A DNA stretch of 35,596 nt, from assembly GCA_900299065.1 (NCBI GenBank), contig OMIJ01000060.1, positions 1 through 35,596 of the forward strand, given 5' to 3'. The first letter of the stretch is position 1; each line of letters starts with the position of its first letter. Origin of the DNA: Hyphomicrobiales bacterium. Its GTDB lineage: Bacteria > Pseudomonadota > Alphaproteobacteria > Rhizobiales > Beijerinckiaceae. The notes under the pieces were generated by a model. That model was given only the letters and a program-made list of their open reading frames with translations, ran no database searches and was not told the origin of the DNA. Made by a program: the position numbers and the translations under genes. Shown one piece after another: positions 28,265-35,596 of this stretch.

Positions 28265-29536
28265 ATGTTAAAAATTACTCTGCGCGACTCATATGAAACA
28301 TCGGATCACGGCACTCAAAATCACACGTCCAATGCCTCTCTGTCTTTCCTGCGCGAGTTTAATAAACAGAAAGCTACCAAAACCAAGACTATTACGGTGG
28401 AAAGCCTGAACTGGCAGCAGGCTCAGGCTCATACAGGCCGTTGGTCAAATCTGATCAGCCGCAGCCTTGATGCCAATCCTTTTCTTAACCCCGCCTTTCT
28501 CTTATCTGCCGCGCAGCATGCCGATCAGGGCCATGAACCACAATTTATTTTCATCACCGATCATAGCATCAAAAATTCTGATCAGAATTTAATTGGTCTT
28601 TTCGTGCTTGATCTGCCCACTCCCGGTAAAGGTACAATTGGCCGCTTCTGGCAGAGATCCTACACGGCTCTGGGAACTCCTCTTCTTGACCGCACCAGAG
28701 CCAATCTTGCGCTTGATCATCTCTTCGACTGGATCAAGATCCATTATTATCATCTTACTGGCCTGCAGATTCCCATGCTGCCCGCCGAAAGCCAGACCGC
28801 TTTGCTGCTCGATCAATATCTGCTCGACAAAGGCCATGAACGTAAGATCCTGACACAATTTCAGCGCGCCATTCTATCAGCAGGTGAAAACATCGACACT
28901 CTGAACGCCTCCGGTTCAAAGGCAAAACATATTCGCAACTGGCGTCGTCAGCTGCGCCGCCTCGAAGAAATGGGCACGCTGAGCTATGAAGTGGCCACCA
29001 AGCCCAGCGAAATTCGCGCCAGCATGGAAGAGTTTTTAGCTCTCGAAGGTCGCGGCTGGAAAGGCGAAAAGAAAACAGCTCTTGTGGCTAATGCTCAAAC
29101 AGCAACATTCACACGCAGCATGACGCGCTTGCTCGCGCGCGAGGGCCTTTGCACACTCCATGCGCTCAAGCTCAATGGTCGTGCTATTGCCATGGGCATT
29201 GTCTTAACAAGTGAGGATCAGGCCTGCTTCTGGAAAATCGCTTATGACGAAGCCTATGCCGCCTTCTCTCCGGGCATTCAATTTGTGCTGGCCTTTAGCC
29301 GACATCAAATGACACAGCCCGACATTAGCATGACTGATTCTTGCGCAATTCCCAATCATCCCATGATTGATCGTGTTTGGCCCGAACGTCAGACCATGAT
29401 TGATGTCATGTTCTCACTGCGTTCAGAAAATAGCCTGACTTTCAATCTGGCTCTGAAGCGCGAGCATATGCGCCGCTCTATGCGCGCAATGGCCAAGAAA
29501 GCCTATTACCGTTTGCTCGGCAAACAGGCTGTCTGA
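28265..29536 (+). CDS. GNAT family acetyltransferase, CelD/BcsL-like; start 28253 or 28265 favoured over 28163
   Basis: NPF..P.FL, RRQLRRLEE.G, FLALE..GWKG, WKIAYDE.YA.FSPG, DSCA.PNHPMIDRVW. Confidence 0.82.
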   Translation: MLKITLRDSYETSDHGTQNHTSNASLSFLREFNKQKATKTKTITVESLNWQQAQAHTGRWSNLISRSLDANPFLNPAFLLSAAQHADQGHEPQFIFITDHSIKNSDQNLIGLFVLDLPTPGKGTIGRFWQRSYTALGTPLLDRTRANLALDHLFDWIKIHYYHLTGLQIPMLPAESQTALLLDQYLLDKGHERKILTQFQRAILSAGENIDTLNASGSKAKHIRNWRRQLRRLEEMGTLSYEVATKPSEIRASMEEFLALEGRGWKGEKKTALVANAQTATFTRSMTRLLAREGLCTLHALKLNGRAIAMGIVLTSEDQACFWKIAYDEAYAAFSPGIQFVLAFSRHQMTQPDISMTDSCAIPNHPMIDRVWPERQTMIDVMFSLRSENSLTFNLALKREHMRRSMRAMAKKAYYRLLGKQAV

Positions 29537-29561
29537 GAAAAGCAGAAATAGGATGGCTTAT

Positions 29562-29963
29562 TCAGTGGCCCAGAACGCGCTTGACCTCGCCAAGCTGGGC
29601 CAGTTTGTCACGAGCCGCGGCCTTGCTCTCATCCGAGCGGGCATCATTGAGGTCTTCTTCAGCATCCTTGATCTGCGCTTCAATCTGCGCCAGATCCAAT
29701 TGCTCAACCGGAATAGCTTCTTCAGCCAGAATGACCAGGCCCTTGTCGGAGACATCGACAAAGCCGCCACGCACAAACAGGCGCTGGGTCTTTGAAGCAC
29801 TCTCCGAAACTGTGACAATGCCAGCCCGCATGGTCGAAATCACTGGGGCGTGATCCTTCAGGACAGCAAACTCACCTTCGCTGCCGGGCACGACGACCTG
29901 CTCGACAGAACCGGAGAACAAGAGTTTCTCCGGTGAGACGAGTTCAAAATGAAAAGCGGCCAT
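29562..29963 (-). CDS. atpC: F1 ATP synthase epsilon subunit
   Basis: FELVSPEK, PGSEGEF.VL..HAP, VRGGF. Confidence 0.97.
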   Translation of the reverse strand: MAAFHFELVSPEKLLFSGSVEQVVVPGSEGEFAVLKDHAPVISTMRAGIVTVSESASKTQRLFVRGGFVDVSDKGLVILAEEAIPVEQLDLAQIEAQIKDAEEDLNDARSDESKAAARDKLAQLGEVKRVLGH

Positions 29964-29987
29964 CGCAAATCTCCATCAGGCTTCAGA

Positions 29988-31445
<1,458 letters not shown>

Positions 31446-32315
31446 TCACAGCGCTTCCGCGCCAGAGATGATTTCGATGAGTTCTTTGGTAATCATAGCC
31501 TGACGTGAACGATTATATTTCAGCGTCTGTTTCTTGATCATTTCGCCCGCATTGCGCGTTGCGCTATCCATTGCGCTCATGCGTGCGCCTTGTTCGGAAG
31601 CTGCATTTTCGAGCAATGCGCGGAACACTTGCACCGATATATTACGCGGCAGAAGCGTTGTGAGAATTTCATTCTCTTCGGGCTCATAATCATAGCTGGT
31701 TGGCGCGCCAGATTGGGCCGGCACTAGCGCAGGAATGACCTGTTGAGCTGTCGGAATTTGCGCAATCACCGAACGAAAGCGCGAATAGAATAAGGTGCAA
31801 ACATCAAATTCTGCGCCTTCAAACATACCAATGATCTTTTTGCCAATCGCATCGGCATTGACATAGCCAATGGTCTTGAGCGAGCGCAGCTCGATCAATT
31901 CGAGAATATGCTTCTCAAACTGACGGCGCAATTGATCATAGCCCTTTTTGCCAACGCACAGGATTTTCACTGTCTTGCCCTGGCCGAGCAATTGATTAAT
32001 GTGCTCGCGTGCAAGCCGCACAATCGAGGAATTGAACGCACCGCACAGGCCGCGCTCGGATGTAAAGACCACGAGCAGATGCACATCGCTTTTGCCATTG
32101 CCAGATAAAAGCGCCGGCACTTGTGCGCCAGCCCCAACACCAGCGGCAATATTGGCCAGCACCTTATCCATGCGCTCAGCATAGGGGCGGGCAGCTTCAG
32201 CAGCTGTTTGCGCACGGCGCAATTTCGCCGCCGCGACCATTTGCATGGCCTTGGTGATTTTCTGCGTCGCCTTAACGGAGGCGATCCGGTTTCGCAGATC
32301 CTTTAACGAGGGCAT
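31446..32315 (-). CDS. atpG: F1 ATP synthase gamma subunit
   Basis: [36 protein letters not shown]. Confidence 0.99.
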   Translation of the reverse strand: MPSLKDLRNRIASVKATQKITKAMQMVAAAKLRRAQTAAEAARPYAERMDKVLANIAAGVGAGAQVPALLSGNGKSDVHLLVVFTSERGLCGAFNSSIVRLAREHINQLLGQGKTVKILCVGKKGYDQLRRQFEKHILELIELRSLKTIGYVNADAIGKKIIGMFEGAEFDVCTLFYSRFRSVIAQIPTAQQVIPALVPAQSGAPTSYDYEPEENEILTTLLPRNISVQVFRALLENAASEQGARMSAMDSATRNAGEMIKKQTLKYNRSRQAMITKELIEIISGAEAL

Positions 32316-32442
32316 TCTTTTGCTCTCCGCCCCTGCCGGACTTCCGGTTCAGAGCTAGGGTGAAATGTCAGTTCAAAGAGACGGTCAAACTTTTATTCAA
32401 TCGATCGTCTCTTTAAGAGGCCTTCCGAAAAAGGCCGATGAA

Positions 32443-34535
<2,093 letters not shown>

Positions 34536-34782
34536 GCTGGTCCTCTGGACAATTGACCCGGGGGTCTTTGAGAACAAGATCTGACTTTGCGGCAAACACT
34601 CGCAAAACAGGCCCTGCAATCGGTTTGGAATGCACTCGGTTTGAAAACGGGAAGGGGCTGCGAGGACGCATCACTTTCCCGAAAGCGTGCCGGACGTAAC
34701 ATATGGCTTTTTTGTGCACAAGCCTTCGCCTCACAGCTTTTACCAAAGCTGGGGACGCCAGACGCGCCTTGCGAAGACCCCG

Positions 34783-34807
34783 GCGCCTTTCACAAGGCGC
34801 TTTTTTT
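34783..34807 (+). terminator. Intrinsic terminator-like hairpin on + strand, opposite to flanking genes
   Basis: GCGCCTT-tcac-AAGGCGC followed by T7. Confidence 0.55.
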
Positions 34808-35056
34808 CAAAAAAGACTTTAGAAACAGTCATAATTAGATTATCGCCTCAATCGGAGCGCCCGCCTTGGCAAGCTTGGCCTTAGACAAAAATCTCCCGCC
34901 ATCTCTAATCGCCTTGCGATCTGATTTTATCAAAGACGCCCAGCTTGCGCGGCCATACCAGTTTGGAGACACAAAACACCCGCCAAATTGGCCTGAAGGA
35001 TTCAGCCGATTCGCAGCTAAGCCATTTATTTTGAAAGCTTAAACTTTAATCCCTGA

Positions 35057-35596
35057 TTACAGGAAGCTTTGCGGATCAATATCCACCGCCACCCGCACAC
35101 CCGCATGTGGCCGCTCGGCCGCTTCCAGAACGGAACGGATAAAGCCCTGCAAATCCGCCTGCCTTGGCCCTTTCACCAAAATGCGGAAGCGATGGCGCTT
35201 GCGCACCACGGCAATGGGCGCTTCAGCCGGGCCCAAAAGCATAATATCTTCAGGGCCAGGCATCTCCCCCGGCCTTGGCAAATACCATCGATCTGAGGGG
35301 GGTAGCGCATGAGCCGCGCGCACCAGCTGACGCGCATGACGCTCGGCGGACTGGCGGTCCGGCCCTGAAATAATCAGCGCTGCCAGCCGGCCAAAGGGCG
35401 GCAGGCCTGCCCGCCGTCTCTGCTCGGTTTCCTCTTGATAAAATCGTTCAAAATCACCTGAAATCAGTGCTTTGATTACCGGATGATCAGGCTGATAGGT
35501 CTGTACAAGGCCGCGACCTAATGCCTCGCCCCGGCCCGCCCGGCCCGTGACCTGTTGCAGCAATTGGAAGGTGCGCTCGGCGGCGCGCGGATCGCC
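35057..35596 (-). CDS. priA: Primosomal protein N', C-terminal part (5' end outside window)
   Basis: GDPRAAERTFQLLQQVTGRAGR, VQTYQP.HP, LPPFGRL, LGPAEAP, DIDPQSFL; priA-atpH adjacency is typical of alphaproteobacteria. Confidence 0.95.
   Translation of the reverse strand, partial: GDPRAAERTFQLLQQVTGRAGRGEALGRGLVQTYQPDHPVIKALISGDFERFYQEETEQRRRAGLPPFGRLAALIISGPDRQSAERHARQLVRAAHALPPSDRWYLPRPGEMPGPEDIMLLGPAEAPIAVVRKRHRFRILVKGPRQADLQGFIRSVLEAAERPHAGVRVAVDIDPQSFL

Overview
Alphaproteobacterial (Hyphomicrobiales-type; Beijerinckiaceae-like by inference) chromosomal segment, mostly core genes: rlmH(partial)-envC-ctpA-yibQ-like-rppH; an Fe3+ ABC transporter (fbpABC-like) with an Irr/ICE-type box, whose permease has an in-frame amber stop; LLM oxidoreductase; beta-carbonic anhydrase; CitE/Mcl2-like enzyme with a PhaR-type box; COG4223 (alphaMic60-like) plus HemY-like; tRNA-Thr(CGT); rpmB; cobT-cobS-dnaJ-like/bolA; a D-Ala-D-Ala carboxypeptidase; cobW-like GTPase; tusA-like; a CelD/BcsL-like GNAT; atpHAGDC; priA(partial). 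The novel-looking material is a ~6 kb zone downstream of tRNA-Thr (14252-20150). It holds (i) a 2322-bp integrase-less islet flanked by a 50-bp duplication of the tRNA 3' end, carrying one secreted DUF3857/transglutaminase-like gene, and (ii) three co-oriented membrane genes: an EamA exporter, a DUF4436-like protein carrying pentameric ligand-gated channel (Pro-loop) motifs in an apparently permuted topology, and a 6-TM voltage-gated K+ channel with a 46-aa turret. All family calls come from motif recognition by eye; no database searches were run.
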